Assembly: GCA_965227295.1 (NCBI GenBank)
Contig: OZ245742.1
Span: 4,448,001 to 4,512,000, forward strand
DNA length: 64,000 nt
From: Leptonemataceae bacterium
Lineage (GTDB): Bacteria > Spirochaetota > Leptospiria > Leptospirales > Leptonemataceae
Direction of reading: 5' to 3'
The notes under the pieces are model-generated. The model saw only the letters and a list, made by a program, of their open reading frames with translations, searched no databases and was not told the origin of the DNA. Of this stretch, positions 7,188-16,870 are shown piece by piece. Made by a program: the position numbers and the translations under genes. How positions within the stretch are numbered: position 1 is the first letter of the stretch; each line of letters opens with the position of its first letter.

Positions 7188-9260
7188 TCAGAGTTCTTTC
7201 AAGCCCATCTCTTTGAGTTTGTCCTCGTAAGATTTGGGCGTTACATCGGCCGAGCCTGCGACTCCGCCGGCTCCCGCCGGGGCGTCGCCGCCTCCTCCGC
7301 CACCGGACGGGGGTGCGGGCGGCGGTGGCGGAGGTGCTCCACCACCGTCGTCGTCCGGTCCCTGGTTTTGGTTCGCGGAATCGGCCGTGCTATACGCCAG
7401 AGACGCTGCGGTCTCTTTCATCTCGTCGCTGCCGAAGTTCTGATCGATATCCGCACGCATCGTAGAACGACGGCGCTTGAACGAAGCGAAGGCCGCGTCC
7501 GCGAAGCCCTGAGAGACGCCGTGGAGGAATTCGTTCAGAACGTTCGCCATGGCTTTCATCATGTATTGCTTGCGCTTGGTCGTGGTGAGGTCCACGTCCA
7601 GGAGCAGGCCGGGCTGCAGTTGATGCGGGTTGATTTCGTAGATGAAGGAGTTGAACTCTTTTTCGAGGAGATTCAACCGCTCATCGAGAACGACGCGTTC
7701 TACCGGGTTCTGGTAGCCGAACATTTCCTGGAGCATGCTCTGGAGGTAGTTCAGTTTATCGCCGACGTTCTTGATTTCGACCTGATACGTGCGATTGTTC
7801 TTCTCGACGAAGGTGCTCGCCGGATCGCGGAACTGGAGTTCGTTCCAGTGCAGTTCGTCCGGATCCTGATTGATGGCCTTGCGATCCTTCACCCACTGGC
7901 GCGGCATGAGCTTTTCGGTTAGGTCCTCGAAGTCGCCCATCTTCTTGCTGAGGCCGAGCCACTTGGACTTCCGCTTTTCGTACAGCGTATGCACGACGTC
8001 CCAGACAGCGTCCACTTCCCGGAGGAATGCGGCGATGCGGTTGTCGTAGATGCGCTTGAGTTCGCGGATCTGGTTTTGATCGAAGTAAACCAGGCGGATG
8101 GCGTAGCGCTCGTCCGGAAGCTGCGTCTCGTCCAGATCTTCGTACTCACGGATGATACACTCGCGGGCGTTCTTGTTGTTATCGCAAAACTGATAACCGA
8201 GGCGCGAGGTATCAAGGATCGAGGTCAGCGTGTTCACGGCGGTGTTGAAGCCGCGGTTCCGAATGTTCTCGTTGTCGATGATCTTCTTGATCTGCTCCCG
8301 CATGTTCAGCGGGTCGTAGTCTTCTTGATCGATCTCTGCGCGCAGGCCGTCGATTTTATCGAGGAACTTCTTGCCGAGGATGGTGTAACGACGGGAGTTC
8401 GGGTCCGAGACGTTGTCGTCGGTGAACTTCTCGACGAGCTTGATCTTCTCGAACATGATCTCGGAGTCGCTGAGCTCGGCACGACCGGAGTCCACCATCT
8501 CTTCTTTGAGCTTTTCGATCTCGCGATCGATGAGTTCGGAAATGTGCTGGGAGAGCTGCTCTTTCAGCAGGTGCTCCACGGTTACCTGATAGTGGAAGAT
8601 CCGGGAAATGAGCTCGGAGTCCAGGATGTTGATGGAGAGTTTGATGTCCGAAACGGTCTTCGGTTTGAAGGCGTTGTCCTTGAACGCGCACTTTACGATG
8701 GAGTAAGCATTCTCACCGCGAACGAAGGCGCCGATGTCCGTTTTTTGACGGAGGATGGCGTTCGTTTCGTTCTCCAGGTCGTTCATACCCCGCTGGATAT
8801 GGCCCTGAAGGTGACCGTACATGTTCACGACGGACTTCTCTAATTCACCCGTGTTGAACTTGTCGGAGCCGCCGATTTTATCCAGCAGTTCGACGATTTC
8901 TTTCGGAGTGTACCGGGCGAGGCTTTTGACTTCTTCTTTGTCGACGAAGTCGCGGACCTTTTTGACCATCTCATCTTCCACCGTTATCGCGTAACGGTTG
9001 AACATGTTCACGTATGCCTGGTTGACGTAGTTGTAGAGCTTGTCTTCGATGCTCGCCATTACGTCGACGTCTTTGACGACTTCCGGCGGCAACTTCGTCT
9101 GCGTGTACTCGGAAATGTAGCGCGCGGTCTCGTCGATGATGCGCTTCGCTTCCGCGGGTTTGTCTCGACCCTCCCACACCAATGAGGTACGCGATGCGAC
9201 CGCACTGGGAAGAACAGGATCGATTTTATTCGGGCTTTTCGGGAATTGCCCCACTGCCAT
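7188..9260 (-). CDS. cfpA: cytoplasmic filament protein A
   Basis: Motifs match Treponema CfpA as I recall it: PKSPN, DKFNTGELEKS, VNMYGHLQGHIQRG, GAFVRGENAY, ENIRNRGFNTA, LQPGLLLD, MANVLNEFLHG..GFADAAFASF. RBS GGAGG. Confidence 0.95.
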   Translation of the reverse strand: MAVGQFPKSPNKIDPVLPSAVASRTSLVWEGRDKPAEAKRIIDETARYISEYTQTKLPPEVVKDVDVMASIEDKLYNYVNQAYVNMFNRYAITVEDEMVKKVRDFVDKEEVKSLARYTPKEIVELLDKIGGSDKFNTGELEKSVVNMYGHLQGHIQRGMNDLENETNAILRQKTDIGAFVRGENAYSIVKCAFKDNAFKPKTVSDIKLSINILDSELISRIFHYQVTVEHLLKEQLSQHISELIDREIEKLKEEMVDSGRAELSDSEIMFEKIKLVEKFTDDNVSDPNSRRYTILGKKFLDKIDGLRAEIDQEDYDPLNMREQIKKIIDNENIRNRGFNTAVNTLTSILDTSRLGYQFCDNNKNARECIIREYEDLDETQLPDERYAIRLVYFDQNQIRELKRIYDNRIAAFLREVDAVWDVVHTLYEKRKSKWLGLSKKMGDFEDLTEKLMPRQWVKDRKAINQDPDELHWNELQFRDPASTFVEKNNRTYQVEIKNVGDKLNYLQSMLQEMFGYQNPVERVVLDERLNLLEKEFNSFIYEINPHQLQPGLLLDVDLTTTKRKQYMMKAMANVLNEFLHGVSQGFADAAFASFKRRRSTMRADIDQNFGSDEMKETAASLAYSTADSANQNQGPDDDGGGAPPPPPPAPPSGGGGGGDAPAGAGGVAGSADVTPKSYEDKLKEMGLKEL

Positions 9261-9542
9261 AGGATGCCTCCGACTCTAACTTAAAGGGAATTGTATTTCG
9301 TTTTCTTTTCTCTGAAACCAGGGGAACGCGTCTGTCAGGAAACGCGCAATGCGAGAGCGTGCGATGTGAGCCATAAACGACGCGGACGCATGTTTTATGA
9401 TCCTCAGACCGGCCCCTTATTTTTACAACTAAAAAAATTGCCGGTCATTTCAGCGTGCGCTTTAAAAAAATTCGACCGTTCGTTCAAGGGAACATAATCC
9501 CCGCAGGTGTGCCCTGACGTAAATCCGACATTCGGCCGGCGC

Positions 9543-10724
9543 TTACAAGAGGCGCCGTAGCAGTTCCGTAAATGAATTGGCAACCATCGCATGGCCCTGA
9601 CGGTTTAGATGGCGGTCTTTTTCATAAAAGAGCGCGACCGGCGCGGCCTGCAACGGGGGCAAAAGGTCGACGAACACAAGACTTTCGCGTTCCAGTAAAG
9701 CCGTAAAGTCACGGCGTACGCGCTCCTCCATCAATGGGGCCGCATCATCCAGCGCGAAGAAGGCTTCCATGCGCGCGAACTCCGGTTTTTTCCGACTGCG
9801 CTCCGCCTGTACTCCGGTCGGCAGGAGCAAAAAAACGGGACGTACGTTCCGACTGCGAGTTTCACGTACGACTTCTTTCAATAAGAAAGCAGCTCCGGCC
9901 GATGCCGCGGCGAAGGCGTCGTCCGCACGGAGGATGTGCGCCTGCAAATAGCCCTGGGCGAGGGCACCGGAGGATGTACGAAAGATCCGTCGCCGGACTT
10001 CTTCGCGTGTTTCGATGGGATCCAGTAACCCGAAGGCTCTGCGAAATCCGTGCACGACGTGCAGACCACGCACCGGGCGCGGCCCTTCGACCAGCGCAAA
10101 GGGCTGCACCACCCGCATGGCATCCAGGGCCGCGCGATTCCCGGCGGGATCTTCGGAAAAACCGGCGCCGTAGATTTCGGCGTAGTCGTTCCCGGTATAA
10201 AAGACAAAGACCGCGATATCCGGACGGAGTTCGGCGTGCTTCATAAACAAACGCAGTTGATGATGGAGGGCCGTTACGCCGACGCCGGCGTTGATCAGCT
10301 CCACGTCCAGGCCGGAGTCCGTTAACATTCGCTCCGCAACATTTACAAACGAATCCCGGTTGCGAACGTAACCGTCCGTATGCGAATCTCCGAAGACCAT
10401 CACCCGGTGGCGGTGAGTCGAAGCGAGCGGGGTCGGCTCATCCTCCCGAAAACCGCGGTTGTTCGTGCGGAACGTAAGCACGCCCTCCTCCGCTTCGGGC
10501 CAGGGCAGCACACGCTCGAAGTTCGGTGTATGGACGTGCCCGGCGAAGGCATCCGGCTGAAAGTAATCCCGGGTGAACCGGGCGTTTTCTTCGAGGCCGG
10601 GGTTGTAGTTTGCGAGAAATCGGAGCGTGAGTTCCGCGACTGCGAGGCCGACGAGCGCCATGAGGACGAACGCGATCGCGTAGAAGGCGATGAGTTTGCG
10701 GGGGCTGAGGGTTGGTTTGTTCAC
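9543..10724 (-). CDS. SGNH/GDSL hydrolase family protein (AlgX/AlgJ-like), membrane anchored
   Basis: N-terminal TM; TNNRGFR, FGDSHTDG, NAGVG, GNDY, DRHLN. Start re-picked at GTG 10724 because the ORF-track start lies inside a repeat. Confidence 0.85.
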   Translation of the reverse strand: MNKPTLSPRKLIAFYAIAFVLMALVGLAVAELTLRFLANYNPGLEENARFTRDYFQPDAFAGHVHTPNFERVLPWPEAEEGVLTFRTNNRGFREDEPTPLASTHRHRVMVFGDSHTDGYVRNRDSFVNVAERMLTDSGLDVELINAGVGVTALHHQLRLFMKHAELRPDIAVFVFYTGNDYAEIYGAGFSEDPAGNRAALDAMRVVQPFALVEGPRPVRGLHVVHGFRRAFGLLDPIETREEVRRRIFRTSSGALAQGYLQAHILRADDAFAAASAGAAFLLKEVVRETRSRNVRPVFLLLPTGVQAERSRKKPEFARMEAFFALDDAAPLMEERVRRDFTALLERESLVFVDLLPPLQAAPVALFYEKDRHLNRQGHAMVANSFTELLRRLL

Positions 10725-10738
10725 GGGAAGCAGATTGG

Positions 10739-10848
10739 ACTCCGAGGATCGAGGTACCGAGAACAAAGGATTGAGGGCGATCTCATCCGAACGCCATACG
10801 GGGACGACACGCCGTCCCCAAAACCCTCGGTACCTCGGCCCTCGGAGT
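10739..10848. repeat. 110-bp MITE/REPIN-like element, family A copy 1
   Basis: Terminal inverted repeats ACTCCGAGGATCGAGGTACCGAG and CTCGGTACCTCGGCCCTCGGAGT; same length and near-identical arms as 24387-24496. Confidence 0.85.
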
Positions 10849-10857
10849 CAATCCATC

Positions 10858-13398
10858 TTACAAATCATCCTCGGAGAAGATATCCCCGGGGCGTTTGATG
10901 ACTTCTTCCTCGCCCGAGATTCCTCCCGGACCGAAGAGTTCTTCCAGGTTTTCGCCGGCATCCTTTGGTTGCGTGCCTGGATGAAAGAGTTCCACCCGGC
11001 GGCCGCTGCAACCGGGGCCGGGCAACATGCCCGTATTTTCGCAGATCTCCACGCGCACCAGGTTCGCTTCGGGGAATTCGAAGCGCGTGCCCTCCTCCGT
11101 GCGATGGGCCTTTTGCATGTAGCGACCCCAGACCGGCGCGGCCAGACCGCCGCCCGTCGCGCCGGCGCCGAGAGACATGGGCCGGTCGTGGCCGATGTAA
11201 ACCGCGGTCACCAGGCGCGGCGTGTAGCCGACGAACCAGGCGTTGGAATTTCGGTTGGTGGTTCCGGTCTTGCCGGCGACCGGCCATCCGCCCAGGCGCG
11301 CGGCCTTGCCCGTGCCCCGCTCAACGACGTCACGCAAAAGCGAAGTCATGATCTCGGCGGTGCCGGCCTTGAGGATACGGCGGCGCTCCACTTCGGGGCC
11401 GTTCCGGTCGCGCACGTCATAGAGGATGTTGCCCTCGGTGTCGGTGATGTGCGTGATGACGTACGGTTCCACGGCATAGCCGCCGGAAGCGAACGTGGCA
11501 TAGGCCCGCGCCATTTCGAACGGACTCACCGCGTGACTGCCCAGGGCCACCGCCGCTTCACGCGGCAGCGATCCTGCTTTCATGCGCAGGAGTTTTTCCA
11601 CGGTGGGATTGATCATGTCCGGGCCCACGCGTTCGTAGACGCGCACGGCGACGGCGTTCTTCGAAAGGGCGAGTCCGCGGCGCAGGCGGATCAAACCTTC
11701 GTAGCTGCGTGAGTAGTTCTCCGGCGAGTACTCGGAAAGATCGGCGCTCACGAAGGTCACCGGCGAATCGTCGACCAGCGTCGCCGCGGTGAGGGTGCGT
11801 TCGCCGGCCGGTTGATCCGCGGTGGAATCGATGGCCGAGGCATAGACGAGCGGCTTAAACGCGCTGCCGGGCTGACGACTGGCCTGCACGAAGCGCAACT
11901 GCTGGTTCGAAGATTTGAAACCGGATCCGCCGATGACCGCGGTAATGGCCCCGTTCTCCGGACGCAGGGTGATCAGCGCTCCTTCCACGGCCTGGGATTC
12001 TTCAATCACACGAAAGCCCTCGGCCGTGTGATGTTCCAGCGCGTTCGGCGTGTTCCAGCTTCCGGCCAGATGACCGAGCAAAAACAGTTCCGGCACCATG
12101 TCTTCTTCGAAGGCGCGCAGAAACTTCCGTTCTTCCCGGCTGATCTTGATCTTGAAGTCCGGCTGCTCGAACAAAAGGAAGCTCATGCGCTGGAGTTCGC
12201 TGTACTCGTCATCGAAGGCGTCGAAGAACCGAAACGGCGCGCGCCGACGGCGGGCGGTTTGTTCGAGGAGATACGGCGGCAGGGTTTCTTCGGCCGCGGT
12301 CTGGTGGGCGTGGTTGATCGTCGTGTAGATGCGATAGCCGCCGCTGTAGAGTCCGCGGCGAATCGCGGACGGCAGGTCCCCGCGGTCCGTAAGTTCGTCG
12401 ATCTGGCGGAGGATGTACGCCGTGGCGTAGGGATGCAGATTCAGGCGCTGGTGAAAGGCGTTGTCGTGGGGCGAACGATCCAGGACGGCGTAGAAATCCT
12501 GCTCGAGCTTGCGAAACTCCCGCTCCGCCTCGCTTACGGTGAGGTCGCCGTTTTCGACGAGTTTCTGAAAGGTAACACGAACCTTGCGCCGCGATTCCGA
12601 GGGATTCTTGAACGGCGACAGAGACTCGGGCCGCGTGGTGAGCGAAGAGATGACCGCCGCTTCGCCCCACTCCAGTTCATGGAACGGCTTCTCAAAGTAG
12701 AACTGTGACGCCGCTTCGACACCGTGGGCGCCGTGGCCCAGGTAGACCATGTTCAGATAGATTTCCATGATCTGGCGTTTGCTGTAGCGCATTTCGATGA
12801 GCAGCGACAAAAAGGCCTCACGCAGCTTGCGCACGATGTTGCGTTCGTTCGTAAGAAAACGCAGTCGCGCCACCTGCTGCGTGATTGTGGATGCGCCTTC
12901 CCGCACCGAACCCGCGAGCACATTGACCAGGGCCGCACGCAAAATGCCCTCGAAGTCGATGCCGGGATGCGAGAGGAACTTGTTGTCCTCGGTGGCAATG
13001 AAACAGCGGACGATCTTTGAGTTCATGCCCCGCGGTCCGTCGCCCTCTTCCAGTTCAATGACCCGCCGGCTCTTGCGCAGCAGCTCCGAGATCTCCATGG
13101 CCTCGCCGTCTTCGCCGACACCGTAGATGATCGACGGCTGATTGTAGCCGGAGTCGGTGTAAACCCGGTAAAAATCCGCGGGCGTGCCGCCGATCAACGC
13201 CAGGCACAAACCGCCGAGTCCCAGAGCCACCAGCGTCGCGCGCCGCAGGGCCCTGCCGTCGCTCTCGCCCCACCAGCGCGCGAATCTCAGGTTCAGCCCG
13301 TAGTAGAACGTGCGCGCGAACAACCCGGTCCGTCCCGGCGGCGTAAAGATGCTCTGCCGGTATGGATTCTCGCCTTCGGTTAACTTGTCGCTGCTCAT
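10858..13398 (-). CDS. class A penicillin-binding protein (PBP1A family)
   Basis: Transglycosylase motifs EDNKF and GASTITQQ; transpeptidase motifs GSAFKP (SxxK), SKN and KTGT. Confidence 0.95.
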   Translation of the reverse strand: MSSDKLTEGENPYRQSIFTPPGRTGLFARTFYYGLNLRFARWWGESDGRALRRATLVALGLGGLCLALIGGTPADFYRVYTDSGYNQPSIIYGVGEDGEAMEISELLRKSRRVIELEEGDGPRGMNSKIVRCFIATEDNKFLSHPGIDFEGILRAALVNVLAGSVREGASTITQQVARLRFLTNERNIVRKLREAFLSLLIEMRYSKRQIMEIYLNMVYLGHGAHGVEAASQFYFEKPFHELEWGEAAVISSLTTRPESLSPFKNPSESRRKVRVTFQKLVENGDLTVSEAEREFRKLEQDFYAVLDRSPHDNAFHQRLNLHPYATAYILRQIDELTDRGDLPSAIRRGLYSGGYRIYTTINHAHQTAAEETLPPYLLEQTARRRRAPFRFFDAFDDEYSELQRMSFLLFEQPDFKIKISREERKFLRAFEEDMVPELFLLGHLAGSWNTPNALEHHTAEGFRVIEESQAVEGALITLRPENGAITAVIGGSGFKSSNQQLRFVQASRQPGSAFKPLVYASAIDSTADQPAGERTLTAATLVDDSPVTFVSADLSEYSPENYSRSYEGLIRLRRGLALSKNAVAVRVYERVGPDMINPTVEKLLRMKAGSLPREAAVALGSHAVSPFEMARAYATFASGGYAVEPYVITHITDTEGNILYDVRDRNGPEVERRRILKAGTAEIMTSLLRDVVERGTGKAARLGGWPVAGKTGTTNRNSNAWFVGYTPRLVTAVYIGHDRPMSLGAGATGGGLAAPVWGRYMQKAHRTEEGTRFEFPEANLVRVEICENTGMLPGPGCSGRRVELFHPGTQPKDAGENLEELFGPGGISGEEEVIKRPGDIFSEDDL

Positions 13399-13426
13399 GG
13401 TTAGTACTTAGATGCCCTTGTTTCGT

Positions 13427-13654
13427 GATTCGTGTACGCCCGGAATCTAAAGGTATGTGCGCTTAAAGTTTGGGACATATTTATTTGGGTACGGCTGGTT
13501 CCAGGCGACCACGGTTCCCGGGCCGGGGAACTGTGGGGAGCGCACCGGAACGGCGTCTTCTTCGTCGGTTCCAGCGACTCCGATTCGTTCCAGGCCGAAT
13601 TCAACATTCGTAACAAAACGAAACTCCGCAACTCTCCAGGTGCCGTACCCAAAT
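13427..13654 (-). ncRNA. candidate structured non-coding element, copy 1 (rod-like; 6S-like size)
   Basis: Perfect 13-bp inverted repeat 13483-13495/13642-13654 closing a 172-nt region with further internal stems; homologous to 29654-29910. Strand inferred from G-U pairing. Confidence 0.45.
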
Positions 13655-13721
13655 GCTTCTTTTCTTAACTCCTGCCCACTTCTCTTCCTGTTCAAGACTT
13701 GTGCGAACCACAACACCGTGA

Positions 13722-15077
13722 TTACTCCGGCCTGTCGCGGTGAAACGGGAACTTACCCTGCATAAAAAACGTGCGGTAGCAATACAACAAAAACGCCCAG
13801 CCCACGGCCTGGGCCATCAGACTCGCCCACGCCGCGCCGATGATGCCCTCGGTCGGATATAGAATCATGTTCAGTACGAAGCCCGCCATCATGCGCAGCC
13901 CCGCTTCGATGGCAATCAGCCGCGGCTGGTCCAGGGCGACCAGGGCCACACCCAGCGGGGCGAAGTAGATTCGCAAGATAAAGTTGGGATACAATATATA
14001 GAAGACTTTGATTGAGATCAAGAAGTCGGGCCCGAACCACTCCCGGATGAACCAGGGAAATAGCCAGAAGCCCGGCAGAAAAATCACAAAGCCCGGAATG
14101 AGCAGTTGGTAGATGCGCCGAAAAAAATCGCGGAACTGCTCCGGCGTTTCCAGCTGCGAGAAGCGCGGCAACAGAAGCGAGTTCATCGTGGCGAGCAGGA
14201 TCAAAAAGCCCTGCATGGGCAGACGGGCCGCGTTGAAGTGGCCGTTGTCGTCCGGCTCGGAGATGATCAGAACCTCCATCCAGTCCGAGACGATCGCCAT
14301 GAACGCGGCGATCATCATATACGAATTGAACTTTAAGAGCCGGCCGACCCAGGGCTTCCAGTCTTCTTTCGCGGGCCGATGCAGAAACGTGGAGGCCGGA
14401 TACAGAAAAAAGAAGAGCACAATCGAAAGATACGGCCCCAGGGCGAAGGCAAAGAGTACGTGATCGGCGCGCAGCTTGCCCCCGTGATTCACGAGAAAGA
14501 GGGCGAGCAGCAAAAAGCGAATGACGCCGACGCTCGGCAACCAGAACGAGAGCCGCGTAAATTCCTCGTGAGCAACCAGCACGGCATCCAGATACGTCAA
14601 GATCGAAAGACCGAAGCCGCCGAGGAGGATGAACCACACCAACGGCATCATGTCCGGATGCGTGGAACCGAAGAAGGCCGCCACCGTACCGAATCCGGTG
14701 ACCTCCCCGGCCAGAGCGAGAAGCGTAAGATAAGCGCCGACGAGCAGAACGGCGACGGCAAAGGCGTAGAACTTCAACTGGAGCGACGCCCGCAGAATCG
14801 AATGAAAGTTTCCCGTTTCCCCGCGACTCAACGCCGGCGCGAGAAAGCGCACGAGGGATTGTTGCAGGCCGACCTCGGCGAAGGCCTGCACGACGAAGAT
14901 GCGCGCGAGGGCCCAGGAATAAACGCCGAAGTCTTCGACGGTGAGAATGCGCGGTACGATCAGCGAATAGAGCAGCGACACCATGGGGTTCACGGCCCGC
15001 GCCGAGAACAGCAGCGCCGCGCGTCGCACATTGGGAGAAGCGAGGAACGGATAAACTTTTTCCTCTAAGAATGCCAT
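13722..15077 (-). CDS. polysaccharide flippase (Wzx/MATE-like)
   Basis: About 12 TM segments; RILTVEDFGVY, EVGLQQSLVRF, LLPRFSQ, GIIGAAWA. Confidence 0.85.
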   Translation of the reverse strand: MAFLEEKVYPFLASPNVRRAALLFSARAVNPMVSLLYSLIVPRILTVEDFGVYSWALARIFVVQAFAEVGLQQSLVRFLAPALSRGETGNFHSILRASLQLKFYAFAVAVLLVGAYLTLLALAGEVTGFGTVAAFFGSTHPDMMPLVWFILLGGFGLSILTYLDAVLVAHEEFTRLSFWLPSVGVIRFLLLALFLVNHGGKLRADHVLFAFALGPYLSIVLFFFLYPASTFLHRPAKEDWKPWVGRLLKFNSYMMIAAFMAIVSDWMEVLIISEPDDNGHFNAARLPMQGFLILLATMNSLLLPRFSQLETPEQFRDFFRRIYQLLIPGFVIFLPGFWLFPWFIREWFGPDFLISIKVFYILYPNFILRIYFAPLGVALVALDQPRLIAIEAGLRMMAGFVLNMILYPTEGIIGAAWASLMAQAVGWAFLLYCYRTFFMQGKFPFHRDRPE

Positions 15078-15102
15078 AGGATGACGTTAGTGCCGAAGGC
15101 CT

Positions 15103-16104
15103 TCAGACAAACGGCTCACTGCGCTTGAGCACGCCGCCCTCGTGCACCAGGAGCTGCGCCCCGGTCTTCGTCCATACGATCGTGTAGACCCGGTGCCGAC
15201 GCTCCCCGTTTTCACGAATGAGTTCCACGCCGCGGAGCAGCGAACTCGAGTGAATGCCCGAGAGTACGATCACCCCTCCGGCCTGCACGAAATCCTTTTC
15301 GTTCAACGTACGCCCCGCGAGGCCCAGAGACTTTGTCTCCGCCCGGCTCTCATCGTTGTGCGGTTGAATGCGCCCCAGAAAACCACCACCGACTTCCCGG
15401 GCCATGAACGCGATGACCACGCCTTCCGGCGCGCCGAAGGTCCCCCATAACATATGTGTGCGACGGCTGCGACCGAGGATGACCCGAAAGGCCGAGGAGA
15501 TGCTGCCGGAATCGATCAACGAGATGCCCGCTCCCGCTTCGCGAATCTCCGCGATGAGTTTTTCGTGCCGCGGCCGATCCTGTACGACGACGCACAGTTC
15601 TTCGACGTCGTGGTCCATGGCCACGGCTACTTTTTTTAAGACGTCCGGCACCGGTGTGTCCAGATCGATCTCGCCGTTATGGATGAGATGCGCGGCGGCG
15701 GGCGGCAGCAGCATCTGCTCCATGTAAGTACCGGGAACGGCGCGCACAGTACCCGCGGGCGCGGCGAGCAGGACGACCATGGAATCCGGCAGGCCTTTCG
15801 CGAAATTGGTAGTGCACTCCAGGGGATCGACGATGAGGTCCACCGCGTTCAGGGATGCGTCGTCGGCTTTGCGGCCGAGGACCTCGCCGGAGTAGAGCAT
15901 GGGCGCCTCGTCCTTGCCGCCCTCGCCCAGGACAATGTGGAACTTAAGGTCCAGGCGGTTCAGCGCATCACGCATGCTTTCCACCGCGGCCTGATCCGCG
16001 CGATGTTTGTCGCCCTTGCCGGAATAGAACATGACCTGGCGCGCCGTGTACTCCGTGACACCGGCCAGTACATCTCCGAGTTGTTCGACTTCTTTGAGGT
16101 TCAT
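15103..16104 (-). CDS. glpX: class II fructose-1,6-bisphosphatase
   Basis: GKGDKHRADQAAVESMR, LGEGGKDEAPML, VDPLECT, DRPRH, GAPEGV. Start re-picked at MNLKEV. Confidence 0.92.
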   Translation of the reverse strand: MNLKEVEQLGDVLAGVTEYTARQVMFYSGKGDKHRADQAAVESMRDALNRLDLKFHIVLGEGGKDEAPMLYSGEVLGRKADDASLNAVDLIVDPLECTTNFAKGLPDSMVVLLAAPAGTVRAVPGTYMEQMLLPPAAAHLIHNGEIDLDTPVPDVLKKVAVAMDHDVEELCVVVQDRPRHEKLIAEIREAGAGISLIDSGSISSAFRVILGRSRRTHMLWGTFGAPEGVVIAFMAREVGGGFLGRIQPHNDESRAETKSLGLAGRTLNEKDFVQAGGVIVLSGIHSSSLLRGVELIRENGERRHRVYTIVWTKTGAQLLVHEGGVLKRSEPFV

Positions 16105-16115
16105 AACGCTTCGAC

Positions 16116-16760
16116 TTACAGGTTGCCGTCCAGCCACAGGATTTGCACCCGGCCGAGATCCACCAGGCCGAAGAACGCCGAGTACTCCATGGTCTGGACG
16201 ACGGGATTGTTCGGACCGTGTTGAGCCGACATCCACAGACGCACCCCGGCATGTTCGTCGCTGCCCGGAATGCGAAACGTGCCCTGCAATGCAACCAGGG
16301 TTCCCCGCGTGAATCCCCGGAAGCTACCGGGGCTTTCGTCCACGCCCAGTTCCTGCGGCGGGGCCCCCGGATTCGCCGGATCTCGCTGTTGGTAGCGGCA
16401 TTGAGCATAGTCCAGCCTGGCCTCGGCATGGCCGTCCTCCGGATAATGGACGCGGTACTCGAAGGAGCAGATGTCCACGCGGTTGCTGTACTGGTACTCG
16501 ATGATTTCATCGCAACCGCCGGAGAGGGAATCGTCATCGGCAGGATAGCAGGACCGTCGGACGATGCCGGCTTCGCGGACGTTTCCATTGCGATCGATGG
16601 CGGTCAGATAGCCCGTCTTCGGGCCATCCAGGTACTCGTGGAGCAACAGAAAGGGACCGCGACTCATGGGCAGATCCGGGTCCAGGCCGCCGCACGCGGC
16701 CGATAGCAGGGCAAGCAGGAGGATCGACAGGAGTCGGGTCGCGGAGAACAGACGGTGCAT
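16116..16760 (-). CDS. hypothetical lipoprotein
   Basis: MHRLFSATRLLSILLLALLSAAC signal/lipobox; four more Cys in the mature part. Confidence 0.75.
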   Translation of the reverse strand: MHRLFSATRLLSILLLALLSAACGGLDPDLPMSRGPFLLLHEYLDGPKTGYLTAIDRNGNVREAGIVRRSCYPADDDSLSGGCDEIIEYQYSNRVDICSFEYRVHYPEDGHAEARLDYAQCRYQQRDPANPGAPPQELGVDESPGSFRGFTRGTLVALQGTFRIPGSDEHAGVRLWMSAQHGPNNPVVQTMEYSAFFGLVDLGRVQILWLDGNL

Positions 16761-16870
16761 CTCGGTAAGATCCTTATCTCCTCCCGGCCTGGGGCGGCAA
16801 GGATTTCGTCGCATTTCGGGCCGGAAAATTCTGTTGCGGATCAGAGCGACGTGGGAAGAATCGAGGTTCC

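Noticed and set aside
13483..13654. Firm call as 6S RNA (ssrS)
   Set aside because: Size and rod shape fit, but I cannot see a clear symmetric central bubble or promoter, and a second diverged copy exists; needs an Rfam search.
13401..13765. Four short overlapping ORFs in the PBP1A-flippase gap
   Set aside because: No reading frame is conserved against the homologous region at 29.65-29.91 kb, so it is treated as non-coding.
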